Shown here: one piece after another, positions 19,977-31,591 of the stretch | Layout: every line of letters begins with the position of its first letter | Numbering within the stretch: position 1 is the first letter of the stretch | Assembly: GCA_019114885.1 (NCBI GenBank) | Contig: DXEQ01000289.1 | Location: 1 to 35,858 of the forward strand | Length of the DNA stretch: 35,858 nucleotides | Direction: 5' to 3' | DNA from: Candidatus Anaerobutyricum stercoripullorum | GTDB lineage: Bacteria > Bacillota > Clostridia > Lachnospirales > Lachnospiraceae | Made by a program: the position numbers and the translations under genes | Notes under the pieces: generated by a model | What the model was told of the DNA's origin: nothing | The model's input: only the letters and a program-made list of their open reading frames with translations | The model's database searches: none

Positions 19977-21233
19977 TTACCGACCTCTTTCTTCTTCCAG
20001 AAGTGTTTGCAGTGTTGGCTTTAATCCAAACTCCTCACAAAACGCCAGCGTCTCTTTCCATCTCTTCTCCGATGGGCGCGTTCCCCGCACCGCCCGGATC
20101 AGAAGATTCTTCGGTGTGTGCTCCATCTCGATAAACTCCAGAATCTGCGTCTCATAACCCATTCCTTCCAGCAGTCCGCCCCGGATGGCGTCCGTGGCCA
20201 TGGCGGCAAACCGTTCTTTCAGGATACCGTAATCGGTGACAGGACGCAGACTTCCCGCCGATAGCTGTCCGTTCAGCTCATGCTGACAGCACGGGACGGA
20301 CAGAATCACATCCGCACCCCAGCGGACCGCCTTGTAAAGCGCGTAATCTGTCGCCGTATCGCAGGCGTGGAGGGTGATGACCATGTCCACATGGCTGACG
20401 CCCTCGAACTCTTCGATGGAGCCCTCGTAAAACTTCAGCTTCTCATAACCGTATTTTTCCGCCAGACGGCTGCATTTCCTTATGACGTCCTTCTTCAGAT
20501 CCAGCCCGATGATGCGGACGTCGTAGCCTTTCAGCTCTCTCAGATAATAATAAACGGCAAAAGTGAGGTACGATTTGCCGCAGCCAAAGTCCAGTATGGT
20601 AATCTCCCGGTCCTTTGACAGATGCGGGATCACGTCCTCGATAAATTCAAGGAAACGGTTGATCTGCCGGTACTTGTCATACTTGCTGCGGACAATCTTC
20701 CCCTCGGCTGTCATGACGCCCAGATCTTTAAGAAACGGGACCGGACGTCCCTCCGCCAGAATATAATGTTTGGGACGATTATGCAGCAGCCGGGACAGAT
20801 CCGGCTTCTCCCGACGCGGATCAATACGGACGGCTCCCGTCCGGCCCGGTGTATCTTTCACCGGGAAGTCTCCCGTCCCACCCGATGCATTTTTCGCCGT
20901 CCTGCCTTCTGCTTTTTTCCGGTCGGACCGGATGGACGCCTTTCCCTTTTTGTTGATGAGGGCGGTCGCCTCCTCCGACTCCGTGCGGATCTGTACCTGC
21001 TTGTACAGCGGCAGTATGTCCGCCAGCCTGGTGAGAGTCTCCTCCTTATCCAGATTCTCATGGAAGACCTGCGTCTTCGTGTGACTCTCCACCTGAAAAC
21101 AGATCTGCTCCCGCAGGAGAACCGGGCGGATGCTGTATTTTCTGATCTCCTCCGCTCTGCGGGGATTACTGATCGTTATTTTGAGGAGATGTTCGTTCAG
21201 ACTCTCCTCCAGTTTCTTTTTCAATATATCCAT
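19977..21233 (-). CDS. Class I SAM-dependent methyltransferase
   Basis: ILDFGCGKSYL, LHACDTATD, VPCCQHE, HTPKNLLI motifs. Confidence 0.9.
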   Translation of the reverse strand: MDILKKKLEESLNEHLLKITISNPRRAEEIRKYSIRPVLLREQICFQVESHTKTQVFHENLDKEETLTRLADILPLYKQVQIRTESEEATALINKKGKASIRSDRKKAEGRTAKNASGGTGDFPVKDTPGRTGAVRIDPRREKPDLSRLLHNRPKHYILAEGRPVPFLKDLGVMTAEGKIVRSKYDKYRQINRFLEFIEDVIPHLSKDREITILDFGCGKSYLTFAVYYYLRELKGYDVRIIGLDLKKDVIRKCSRLAEKYGYEKLKFYEGSIEEFEGVSHVDMVITLHACDTATDYALYKAVRWGADVILSVPCCQHELNGQLSAGSLRPVTDYGILKERFAAMATDAIRGGLLEGMGYETQILEFIEMEHTPKNLLIRAVRGTRPSEKRWKETLAFCEEFGLKPTLQTLLEEERGR

Positions 21234-21436
21234 GGATGTTTCATTGCTCCCTGTCTGCAGGGCGCGCCTGTCCGCCCGCCCTCATAATCTGCCGTCCGGC
21301 CGGATGTTCTGTCCTCCTGCCAGACGGTCTCCGGCCTGCCGCCGGATTTCTGTGACCGATTTTAGCATGTTTCCACACCGGGCGCAATACAGCTTCCCGC
21401 GACCGGCCACAGTTATCACAGAATCGTTATGGTTTG

Positions 21437-21940
21437 TTAAGAAAGTGGAAATATCTTTTTTCTCCGGCGATATCTCTGACGGCGGTATGCCATGTTCCAG
21501 CAGACCACGATCAGAATCAGATGGCGAAACGGCGTGCCCGAATCCCGCTCTTCCGGCGGCCGGTAGTAACAGTTCCTTCCCCGGGTGCCATCCACCCGGT
21601 TCTCCGTCTGCTCCGTCTCATAATAATGTAACTTCTCATAAATCCGGTCCACGATCTTGAGGACCGCCTGCTTATCCGGATATTCCGCGTACATGGAACT
21701 TCCTTCATATTCAAACTGGTCCAGCAGAGCGTCGGCCACAGCCCAGACCTCTCTCGCCGCCGCCGGCAGCATCCGGATCATGCCGGCATAGTCATTCCAG
21801 TTGCGCTCTTCCTCCTGCTGCAGCTCTTCCGGCGGCAGCAAAGGGGACTCTTTCTCCGGCTCCTTTTCTTCCTGGCAGGCCGTCATTTCCTTAAATCCCG
21901 GCAGCCAGTCAAAATCATAATGATTATCCCATTGACCCAC
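21437..21940 (-). CDS. Hypothetical protein
   Basis: GTG start after a GGGAG SD; EYEGSSMYAEYPD core and Arg-rich C-terminus; fills the gap between its neighbours. Confidence 0.7.
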   Translation of the reverse strand: MGQWDNHYDFDWLPGFKEMTACQEEKEPEKESPLLPPEELQQEEERNWNDYAGMIRMLPAAAREVWAVADALLDQFEYEGSSMYAEYPDKQAVLKIVDRIYEKLHYYETEQTENRVDGTRGRNCYYRPPEERDSGTPFRHLILIVVCWNMAYRRQRYRRRKKIFPLS

Positions 21941-22137
21941 GGCAACTCCCGCTTTCTGTACGACTTCCCTTTACACTATGGAACAGAAAGAAAAACGTGC
22001 CTGTCCCATACGAAAAGAAACCCGCGGCGCTAAGAGATTCTCCGGAAACGGAATCTGCACCGGACGCCGTGCCTCTGCGGCAACCCTCTGTCTCATGGAA
22101 TTCTCCGGCCTGCGGCACTCCGGGCAGTCTCAACACA

Positions 22138-22809
22138 TCAGCAGCTGCCGTCCGAAGCCGCCTCCGCTCTGATATACGGGATCACATCCAGAAGGGACTC
22201 CTCCACGGAGACGCACTGCGCCGCCAGATCCTCCGGAAGCGGAATCATATCCGGCACGTTGATGACCCGGATACCGCCGGCCAGAGCCGCGCGGACGCCG
22301 TTTTGCGCGTCCTCCAGCACCAGAGCTTCCTCCGGCCGCACGCCCACTTTCTCGCAGATGGCCAGAAAGATGTCCGGATACGGCTTCCCCCGCTCTACCA
22401 TATCTGTGGTCATCATCACGTCAAAACGGCCGGTAAGACCGGCGCTCTCCACATTTTCTCTGATACTTTCCATGTCGGAACCGCTGGCCACCGCCTTTTT
22501 GATACCCAGCTCATCCAGCACATCCAGAAGGTCAGTCACACCTTTCTTCACCGGCATCCCCTCCGTGCGCAGAATCTCCATCTTCCTCTCACCCACCTGA
22601 CGGTAGAGCTCCGGCGCGTCGATATTTTTGTCAAAGAAAATATAATATTTCTCCTGGATCGCCTTTCCATTCAGTCCGAGAAACTGCAGGTACTGTTCCA
22701 TGGTAGGCTCATAGCCCCATTCCTTCGCCTTCTCCAGAAAAGCGCGGCATGTCGCCCGCTCCGTGTCAAACAGCAGTCCATCCATATCACAGATCACCAG
22801 TTTTATCAT
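22138..22809 (-). CDS. HAD family phosphatase
   Basis: Motif I DMDGLLFDTE, GKPYPDIF, LEDAQNG. Confidence 0.92.
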   Translation of the reverse strand: MIKLVICDMDGLLFDTERATCRAFLEKAKEWGYEPTMEQYLQFLGLNGKAIQEKYYIFFDKNIDAPELYRQVGERKMEILRTEGMPVKKGVTDLLDVLDELGIKKAVASGSDMESIRENVESAGLTGRFDVMMTTDMVERGKPYPDIFLAICEKVGVRPEEALVLEDAQNGVRAALAGGIRVINVPDMIPLPEDLAAQCVSVEESLLDVIPYIRAEAASDGSC

Positions 22810-22992
22810 TTTTGTTTTTCCTTTCTCTATCTATCATATTCTGATATCTCAACCGCGCGGTAATATCTCCCATGAGATATTATCCTGACACGGGGGTATC
22901 CTGTCATGCAGGCCGGCACAAGAACCTGTCTCTCTTCTCACCGGATGGAAGAAGAAAGCGTACCGCTCCCTTCCGGAACGATACGCTCCCGA

Positions 22993-23841
22993 TTATTTTG
23001 ATTCTTCAAGCAGACTTCCTGCCTTTTCCACCAGCTCTTTCAGGGAAGCCAGCATAGTCTGTTTCTGTTCCAGAAGAGCATCGTACTTCTTCTGCTCTTC
23101 GGCACGGCGGTCCTGGATGCCCTCCAGAATCTCATTGGCCTGTGCCTGCGCTTCTTCCAGAATCTTCGCGGCTTTTTCTTCCGCTTCCTTCACTGCGCCC
23201 GCTGCCTGTTCTTCTGCCTCGCGCACCGTCTTTGCCGCTTTCTCCTCCGCTTCTTTTATGATGCTGTCCTGCTTGCCCTGAATATCGGAGAGCTGCGCGC
23301 AGAGCAGGTCCGCATTTCTCATGTAATGCTCATAGGCCTCATCACGGGTCTTCGGCACTACCTCTTCCGCCTCTTTCGCGGCTGCCGCCGCTTCCGCCAT
23401 GGCCTTTGTTCTGGCTACGGCCGCCCTTCCTTCCGCTGCCGCTGCCTTCTTCTCTGCGGTGGCCGCACGGTCCTCGGCCTCCTCCGCCAGCTTCTCAGCC
23501 CTGGCCGCGTTGGCCTCCGCCTCCTGCAGCTTCCGTGTGAGCTGCGCGATCTGTTCGCGCAGTTCCTGTTCGGTGCCGTCGCCATCTTCCGGCATCCAGA
23601 TCTCCGTCTTACCTTCCGCTTCCTCCTGTGCGCCTTCCTGTTCCGGCGCCGCCTCACGGGAAACATAGATGGTCTGGCCCTTCTTCAGCGCCTCGATCTC
23701 TTTATCCTTTTCTTTTACGATCTCCTCGATCTCATCACAGATTTTGTCAAGCTGGTTATCCACCTCATCCTTGTCATAACCAAACATGGATGTCTTAAAT
23801 ACCAGCTCCTCCACGTACGTCAGTAATTCCTGTGCTTTCAT
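22993..23841 (-). CDS. DivIVA-domain coiled-coil protein
   Basis: FKTSMFGYDKDEVDNQLDKI is a DivIVA N-terminal motif, followed by an Ala/Glu-rich coiled coil; start MKAQE after a GGGGAG SD. Confidence 0.8.
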   Translation of the reverse strand: MKAQELLTYVEELVFKTSMFGYDKDEVDNQLDKICDEIEEIVKEKDKEIEALKKGQTIYVSREAAPEQEGAQEEAEGKTEIWMPEDGDGTEQELREQIAQLTRKLQEAEANAARAEKLAEEAEDRAATAEKKAAAAEGRAAVARTKAMAEAAAAAKEAEEVVPKTRDEAYEHYMRNADLLCAQLSDIQGKQDSIIKEAEEKAAKTVREAEEQAAGAVKEAEEKAAKILEEAQAQANEILEGIQDRRAEEQKKYDALLEQKQTMLASLKELVEKAGSLLEESK

Positions 23842-23960
23842 TCTGGCTCCCCCTTTTTCACACTTGCGGCAGCAGTCTGCCGCCGGATTTTTGCTGCGCG
23901 GGTCTCCCGGCCCGACGCGCATCTATCTCTAATTATAAGGATTCTGGCGGCTTTGTCCAG

Positions 23961-23996
23961 AAAAAAAGGCAGAAACCCTTTAACGATTTCTGCCTT
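23961..23996 (-). terminator. Intrinsic terminator of the atp operon
   Basis: AAGGCAGAAA/TTTCTGCCTT stem with a T-tract on the minus strand, just after atpC. Confidence 0.7.
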
Positions 23997-24019
23997 GCCG
24001 CTGTTTTTTGTTTGCCTGA

Positions 24020-24430
24020 TCACTGCAGTTCGCCCGCCATGTCCAGCCGGACCAGCGCCCGTTTCAGGGCTTCCTCTGCCAGAAGATGCTCCTGTTCGGA
24101 AGCCTCCGCCGCCAGCGTCTGCTGCGCGCGGTCGCGGGCCAGACGGGCCCGGGCGGTATCGATATCCTGCGGCCATTCCACCGCCTCCGCCAGAATGGTC
24201 ACCTTCTCCTTTGTGATCTCCACAAAGCCGGAATGGAGGGCCGCCGTCTTCTGCCCGCCCGGCTCCGTGATGGTCAGGCGGCCCGGCGCGATGATCTGCG
24301 TCGTCGGGATGTGCTCCGCGTAGACTCCCACCTCGCCGTCCACCGTATTGTACTCCACCATGGTCACGTCATTGGTATAAAAAATCCGGTCCGGTGAGAG
24401 AATCTCCAGTCTGAATCTCTTTTCTGCCAT
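24020..24430 (-). CDS. atpC: ATP synthase F1 epsilon subunit
   Basis: LEILSPDRIFY...GEVGVYAEHIP...SGFVEI...AEAVEWPQDID; start MAEKR. Confidence 0.93.
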   Translation of the reverse strand: MAEKRFRLEILSPDRIFYTNDVTMVEYNTVDGEVGVYAEHIPTTQIIAPGRLTITEPGGQKTAALHSGFVEITKEKVTILAEAVEWPQDIDTARARLARDRAQQTLAAEASEQEHLLAEEALKRALVRLDMAGELQ

Positions 24431-24434
24431 TCCA

Positions 24435-25835
<1,401 letters not shown>

Positions 25836-25847
25836 TTACTCCTTCTC

Positions 25848-26714
25848 CTATCCATTCAGGGCTTCCGCTCCTGAAATAATCTCCGTCAGTTCCTGCGTGA
25901 TCGCACCCTGTCTTGCCCGGTTGTAGGCAAGGGACAGCGCGGCGATCATATCGTCCGCATTGCCCGAAGCCGCGTCCATAGCCTGCATTCTGGCACCGTT
26001 CTCGCTGGCCGCCGCCTCGATGAACGCGCCGAAAATGATGCTGTTTACGTACTTCGGGACAAGCAGGTCAAGGGCTTCCTCCGGATTCGGCTCATAGTTC
26101 ATGAGGGTCCTGCTCCCGCTCTCCTGCCGTTTCTCTTTTTCTTTCTCCCAGTCCACCGGCAGCAGTCTGGTGAGCGTGGGTACATGCACCACGGTATTTT
26201 TAAATCTGGTGTAGGCCAGATAGATCTCGCCGACCTGACCGGCCGCGAAGGAGGCAAGCACCTTCTCCCCGATGGCCGCCGCGTCGGAAAATGCCGGTGC
26301 GTCCATGACGCCGGAATCGTCCGACACGATGTGCCAGCCCCTCCGGGACAGCGTCTCCACGCCCTTCCTTCCCACACCGTAGATATCCACGTCTTCTTTC
26401 TTCCATCCGCTCTCGGTGAGGAGCCGGATCACGTTGCTGTTGTAGCCTCCGGCCAGCCCCCGGTTGGACGTCACCACAATGACCGCCTTCCGGTCCGAAG
26501 CCCCCGCTGTGAGATATGGGTGGTCCAGCCTCTCCGAATCCGCCAGTATGGACTGGACGGTCTCGTACATTTTATCGAAATACGGACGGGCGTTATCCGC
26601 CCGTGTTCTCGCCCGCTGCAGTTTTACGGTGGATACCAGCTTCATGGCCTTTGTGATCTGCTGCGTACTCTGAATACTGTCTCTGCGTCTCTTAATATCT
26701 CTCATGGACGCCAT
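25848..26714 (-). CDS. atpG: ATP synthase F1 gamma subunit
   Basis: ITKAMKLVS, RGLAGGYN, NRARQGAITQELTEI. Confidence 0.96.
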   Translation of the reverse strand: MASMRDIKRRRDSIQSTQQITKAMKLVSTVKLQRARTRADNARPYFDKMYETVQSILADSERLDHPYLTAGASDRKAVIVVTSNRGLAGGYNSNVIRLLTESGWKKEDVDIYGVGRKGVETLSRRGWHIVSDDSGVMDAPAFSDAAAIGEKVLASFAAGQVGEIYLAYTRFKNTVVHVPTLTRLLPVDWEKEKEKRQESGSRTLMNYEPNPEEALDLLVPKYVNSIIFGAFIEAAASENGARMQAMDAASGNADDMIAALSLAYNRARQGAITQELTEIISGAEALNG

Positions 26715-26742
26715 ATTGTATCACCACCTTACTTCTGCCGCC

Positions 26743-28248
26743 TCAAAACGTTTCCTTAAACTCCGCGATCGCCTTCTGCATCCTTGCTTCCGTCTCCGCG
26801 CTGATATCCTTTGTCTCCCGGATGGCCCGGCAGATCTCCGGATACTTCGTATCCACGAACTCCAGAAGACCTTCCTCGAATTCCGGCACCCGTTCCACCG
26901 GAATATCCAGCAGATATTTCTTCGTCACCGCATAGATGGCCACCACCTGCTTCTCCACAGGCAGGGTCCGGTACTGCGGCTGTTTTAAACTCTCTCTGAT
27001 ACGCTCACCCTGGGCCAGACGTTCCTTCGTGTCGTCGTCCAGCTCGGAACCGAACTGGGCGAAAGCCGCCAGCTCTCTGTACTGGGCAAGCTCGGTCCGG
27101 ATCGGACCGGCAATCTTCTTCATGGCCCTGATCTGCGCCGCTCCGCCCACGCGGGACACGGACAGGCCGGCGTTGATGGCCGGACGAAAGCCCGCGTTGA
27201 ACATCTCCGTCTCCAGATAGATCTGTCCGTCAGTGATGGATATCACGTTGGTCGGAATATAGGCGGACACGTCTCCCGCCTGCGTCTCAATGATCGGGAT
27301 GGCCGTGAGGGAACCGCCTCCCAGCTCGTCGGAAAGGCGGGACGCCCGCTCCAGCAGCCTGGAATGCAGGTAGAATACGTCTCCCGGGTAAGCCTCCCGT
27401 CCCGGCGGTCTCCGAAGGAGCAGTGAGAGGGTACGATAGGCCGCCGCGTGCTTGCTCAGATCGTCGTAGATCACCAGCACGTCCTCGCCTCTCTCCATCC
27501 ACTCTTCTCCCATGGCGCAGCCCGCATAAGGAGCGATGTACTGCAGCGGCGCCAGCTCGCTGGCGGTGGAGGCAACCACCGTGGTATAATCCATGGCTCC
27601 GTACTCTTCCAATGTCTTGACGATGCCCGCCACCGTGGAAGCCTTCTGTCCGATGGCCACGTAGATGCAGTGCATATTCTGGCCCTTCTGATTGATGATC
27701 GTGTCCACCGCGATGGCCGTCTTTCCTGTCTGACGGTCTCCGATGACCAGCTCTCTCTGTCCCCTTCCGATCGGGACCATGGAGTCGATGGCCTTGATGC
27801 CGGTCTGCACCGGCGTGTCCACCGGCTGCCGGTCAATGACACCGTGAGCCACACGCTCCACCGGCCGCCGGGCTGTCGTCTCCACCGGGCCCTTGCCGTC
27901 AATCGGCTGTCCCAGGGCGTTGACCACCCGCCCGGTGAGAGCGTCTCCCACCGGCACCTCAATGACGCGGCCCGTGGTCTTTACCGTGTCGCCCTCGCTT
28001 ACATTTCTGCTGTCTCCCAGAAGCACGGCGCCCACGTTATCTTCTTCCAGATTCATCACCATGCCGTACACTTCACCGGGAAATTCCAGAAGCTCGCCCT
28101 GCATGGCCTTCTCCAGGCCATAGATACGAGCCACTCCGTCGGCCACCTGAATGACGGTTCCCACGTCCGACGTCTCCAGCTTCGTTACATAACTTTTTAT
28201 CTGATCCCGGATGACGGAGCTGATCTCCTCCGGTCTGATCTTTACCAA
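26743..28248 (-). CDS. atpA: ATP synthase F1 alpha subunit
   Basis: [34 protein letters not shown]; start uncertain (TTG 28248 or GTG 28260). Confidence 0.96.
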   Translation of the reverse strand: MVKIRPEEISSVIRDQIKSYVTKLETSDVGTVIQVADGVARIYGLEKAMQGELLEFPGEVYGMVMNLEEDNVGAVLLGDSRNVSEGDTVKTTGRVIEVPVGDALTGRVVNALGQPIDGKGPVETTARRPVERVAHGVIDRQPVDTPVQTGIKAIDSMVPIGRGQRELVIGDRQTGKTAIAVDTIINQKGQNMHCIYVAIGQKASTVAGIVKTLEEYGAMDYTTVVASTASELAPLQYIAPYAGCAMGEEWMERGEDVLVIYDDLSKHAAAYRTLSLLLRRPPGREAYPGDVFYLHSRLLERASRLSDELGGGSLTAIPIIETQAGDVSAYIPTNVISITDGQIYLETEMFNAGFRPAINAGLSVSRVGGAAQIRAMKKIAGPIRTELAQYRELAAFAQFGSELDDDTKERLAQGERIRESLKQPQYRTLPVEKQVVAIYAVTKKYLLDIPVERVPEFEEGLLEFVDTKYPEICRAIRETKDISAETEARMQKAIAEFKETF

Positions 28249-28354
28249 AGCTCCCCGCACCTTCTTTCTGTCTCAAATTTGTAACTGTCTGATCTCTTCA
28301 CAGTTATGTTCTGATGTTCTCCTTTTTGCAGCGATATCTATTCTGTCATGCCAT

Positions 28355-28900
28355 CTACAGCCGTATCCTCGACAGCTGCCGGCAGAGGGTGTCAAGCTGC
28401 GTCTTCAGGCTGCTGTCCACCACCCGGTCGTCCAGACGGATGATGAGTCCACCGATGATCTCCGGCTTCACCACATAGTCTGTCTCAAAAGACCGGTAGT
28501 CTGTCACTTCCAGAAGACGGCTTTCCACCGCGGCCTTCTGCTCTTTTGTCAGCTCCACCGCCGATGTGACGCTGGCCCGGCCGATCTTTTTATATTTCCT
28601 CACCCTGTCAAGGAAATGTACAAAAATCTCCGGCAGATCGTTATGCCTGTCCTTGGTGATAACGACATGAAAGAATCCCAGCACCTCATCCGACACTCTG
28701 CCCCGGAAGGCGTTCTCCACCAGAGCGGTCTTCTCCTCTTTCACGATCTCCGGGTGATTGAGCAGCTTCATAAGTTCCTCGTTGTCGCGAAAGACCTGAG
28801 CCGCAAGGGTGATCTCCTCCGCGAACCGGTCCACCCTTTCTTCTTCCAGCGCCAGAGAAAAAAGGGCGTCGCCATATATCGTGCCTATTCGTTTCGCCAT
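28355..28900 (-). CDS. atpH: ATP synthase delta subunit
   Basis: YGDALFSLA...PEIIGGLIIRLDDRVVDSSL; expected operon position. Confidence 0.93.
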   Translation of the reverse strand: MAKRIGTIYGDALFSLALEEERVDRFAEEITLAAQVFRDNEELMKLLNHPEIVKEEKTALVENAFRGRVSDEVLGFFHVVITKDRHNDLPEIFVHFLDRVRKYKKIGRASVTSAVELTKEQKAAVESRLLEVTDYRSFETDYVVKPEIIGGLIIRLDDRVVDSSLKTQLDTLCRQLSRIRL

Positions 28901-29418
28901 GTGTCATCACCTATCTCTTTAAGCGTCTGCTCGATGAGCGCGTCCTGCTGTTCTCTGTCCAGAGAGGAAGCGACCAGTTTCTCTGAGAGCAGCGACGCCA
29001 CGGAGATGATCTCCTGTTTCACCTCGTCGTTCACCCGTCTTTGCTCCAGTTCTGCTTCCTGACGGGCGCCGGCAATGATCCTGCCCGCCTCCTCCTTGGC
29101 GTTCATGATGATCTCGTTCTCCCGCTGCAGAGCCTTCTTTCTGGAATCTCCGAGAATCTGCTCCGCAACCTTGTCAATCTCTTTTAGCTTACCGTCATAT
29201 TCTTCCCGCATGCGGACAGCCGCCTCCCGGTTCTCGAGAGCTTCTCTCTGCTCGCGCATCACCCGTTCCTTCCGGTCATTTAAGATCTTCCTCACCGGGT
29301 CCAGCAGCAGATAGCTGGCAGCCATGAACAGAAGAAAAATGGCAATGCCCTGAAATGCCAGATTCAGAAGAAGCTGCGCATCCAGACCGAATATACGGTC
29401 ATCCAGTGATAATAGCAC
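28885..29418 (-). CDS. atpF: ATP synthase F0 b subunit
   Basis: N-terminal TM, PVRKILNDRK, long charged helix; GTG start after AGGAGG. Confidence 0.92.
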   Translation of the reverse strand: MLLSLDDRIFGLDAQLLLNLAFQGIAIFLLFMAASYLLLDPVRKILNDRKERVMREQREALENREAAVRMREEYDGKLKEIDKVAEQILGDSRKKALQRENEIIMNAKEEAGRIIAGARQEAELEQRRVNDEVKQEIISVASLLSEKLVASSLDREQQDALIEQTLKEIGDDTWRNE

Positions 29419-29434
29419 CGCACGCCTCCTTTTC

Positions 29435-29728
<294 letters not shown>

Positions 29729-30469
29729 TTAGTCCGCATACTTGTCCGTGATGAACGTCATGGTCAGCATCCCGAACACATACGTCTGGATCGCTCCGGA
29801 AAACAGGTCAAAGTACACATGCAGAAATGACGGGATGCCCAGCTTGACAAACCACGGCAGCAATGTGTACCAGAGGCTGATCATGATCGTGCCAGCCAGT
29901 ACATTTCCAAACAGACGCAGGGACATGGACACCGGCGTGGCAAACTCACTGATCACATTGACCGGGAAAAAGATCGGGAACGGCTCAAACAGATCTTTGA
30001 CAAAACGGATGCCGTTGCTCTTAATCCACGCGTATTCGATCATCACAAAGGTGATGAGCGCCAGCGCAAAGGTCGTCCCGAAGTCCGCCGTCGGCGCCCG
30101 CAGTCCGAAGACGCCCGATATGTTGGACAGAAAGATAAACGCCATCAATGTGATCACATAGTTTCTGTATTTCGGCGCATGATGGCCCATACTGGACTCC
30201 ACCATGCCATCCATGGTCTCCACCAGCATCTCCACCGCGTTCTGCACGGCGTTGGGCTCGTCGTAATCCTTCATGATCTCATGCCGCGCAAAAAGGATGA
30301 GGCCAAAAAGGACGAGACAGACAATGGTGGTGGAAATCATCGTGGTGTTAATGGAGACCGGCTGCCCGAACAACTCAAATTCATAAAAGCTGTGGATAAA
30401 AAAATCCACGTCAGCGCCGCTGTCAAGCAGCATCGCCGCCGGAAGCCCGGTCATTGTTCCTCCCATCAC
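29729..30469 (-). CDS. atpB: ATP synthase F0 a subunit
   Basis: PTAD, SMSLRLFGNVLAG, IQTYVFGMLT. Confidence 0.95.
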   Translation of the reverse strand: MMGGTMTGLPAAMLLDSGADVDFFIHSFYEFELFGQPVSINTTMISTTIVCLVLFGLILFARHEIMKDYDEPNAVQNAVEMLVETMDGMVESSMGHHAPKYRNYVITLMAFIFLSNISGVFGLRAPTADFGTTFALALITFVMIEYAWIKSNGIRFVKDLFEPFPIFFPVNVISEFATPVSMSLRLFGNVLAGTIMISLWYTLLPWFVKLGIPSFLHVYFDLFSGAIQTYVFGMLTMTFITDKYAD

Positions 30470-30470
30470 T

Positions 30471-30887
30471 TCACCTTCCTTCCCCTTTCAGTCGTTTTGT
30501 AATATAAGTGTTCGTGTACACGTGCAGAAGCGCCGCAAGCTTTAATCCGATAATGCCCAGTATCACACCCGGAAAGCTGATCCTGTCAAACTTCAGGCCG
30601 GCCGCCACCGCCGCCAGCATGATCAGCCACCGCAGGATGCTCCGGACTGTCATACCCCACTGGCCCCGCGCTCTGGTCATATGGAGACATTTCTCCAGCC
30701 CCTTCGCCATGCTGACGCTCATCCCCACGGCGACCACGGTTCCCAGCGCGATACCGATGGTATAGCTGAGCCGGTCCGAGACGATGAACAGTCCCACGAT
30801 CCAGGCGAGCAGACTCCAGATCAGGCTGCCAAATATCAGATCCAGCAGCGTCTCATTGGTTTCCCTTATCCATTTTATCCCTTTCAT
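30471..30887 (-). CDS. atpI: ATP synthase protein I-like membrane protein
   Basis: Four hydrophobic segments immediately upstream of atpB; start uncertain (30887 or 30911). Confidence 0.7.
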   Translation of the reverse strand: MKGIKWIRETNETLLDLIFGSLIWSLLAWIVGLFIVSDRLSYTIGIALGTVVAVGMSVSMAKGLEKCLHMTRARGQWGMTVRSILRWLIMLAAVAAGLKFDRISFPGVILGIIGLKLAALLHVYTNTYITKRLKGEGR

Positions 30888-31119
30888 GATGATCTGATTC
30901 CTTTTCTCCATAAAAAACTTGTATCAATCTGTAACAGGAACGCATTCCGGCCAGAATGCCGATGACCAGCATCAGTGGAAAAATCAGCTCCTGCTGAAAC
31001 GTCCGGGCAAGAAAATCACCCAGAAATACGCAGAGAAAAATACATGTGAGCATGCAGATTCCCAGCTGACTGATCAGCGCCAGCATGCGGAGCGGACTCC
31101 GTTCCCTCTTTCGTCTCAT
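30853..31119 (-). CDS. AtpZ/AtpI-family two-helix membrane protein
   Basis: LALISQLGICML...FLG..L...IGILAG pattern; ATGA overlap with the upstream stop codon. Confidence 0.75.
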   Translation of the reverse strand: MRRKRERSPLRMLALISQLGICMLTCIFLCVFLGDFLARTFQQELIFPLMLVIGILAGMRSCYRLIQVFYGEKESDHHERDKMDKGNQ

Positions 31120-31580
31120 AAAAGCAGCTCCCCGATGATCCGGTCTGCCGCTGCCTCCATCAGCGACTCGATGGAGCGAAAGCATTTCTCAAAGGCCTCC
31201 GGCGTATCTTCCGTCACCTCCGGCACTTCCTCCTCCATATCAATAAATGTTCCCACCGACATGCAGGCGATCTGGGCTTCATAGTTCGTCCGCACCTGCT
31301 CTGCCTGCGTCTTTGTCATGGTCAGCGCCAGGTCCGCGGACTCCAGATCTTCCTCCGTCAGCTGGGAAGAACGAAACTCCGAGATCTCATAGCCGTGGTG
31401 CCGCAAAACGGCCACCGCCATGGGCGAGACCGGCTCGGAGAACAGGACCACGAGACCTCTGGAGAGCAATTCCGTCTCGGAAACATTTTTCTTCTTCAAC
31501 AGTCCCCGCAGGATGACCTCCGCCATGAAGCTGCGGCAGAGATTATTTTCTCCCACGATCAGAATCTTGCGATATCCCAT
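31116..31580 (-). CDS. Low-molecular-weight phosphatase family protein (YwlE-like), catalytic Cys absent
   Basis: ILIVGENNLCRSFMAE, SRGL, SSQLTEEDLESADLALTMT; sits after sua5, as ywlE does in Bacillus. Confidence 0.85.
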   Translation of the reverse strand: MGYRKILIVGENNLCRSFMAEVILRGLLKKKNVSETELLSRGLVVLFSEPVSPMAVAVLRHHGYEISEFRSSQLTEEDLESADLALTMTKTQAEQVRTNYEAQIACMSVGTFIDMEEEVPEVTEDTPEAFEKCFRSIESLMEAAADRIIGELLL

Positions 31581-31591
31581 ACCGACACCCC

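Noticed and set aside
28243-28260. atpA lacking an ATG start (possible pseudogene)
   Set aside because: An in-frame TTG at 28248 with an AAGGTG SD, or GTG at 28260, gives a full-length protein.
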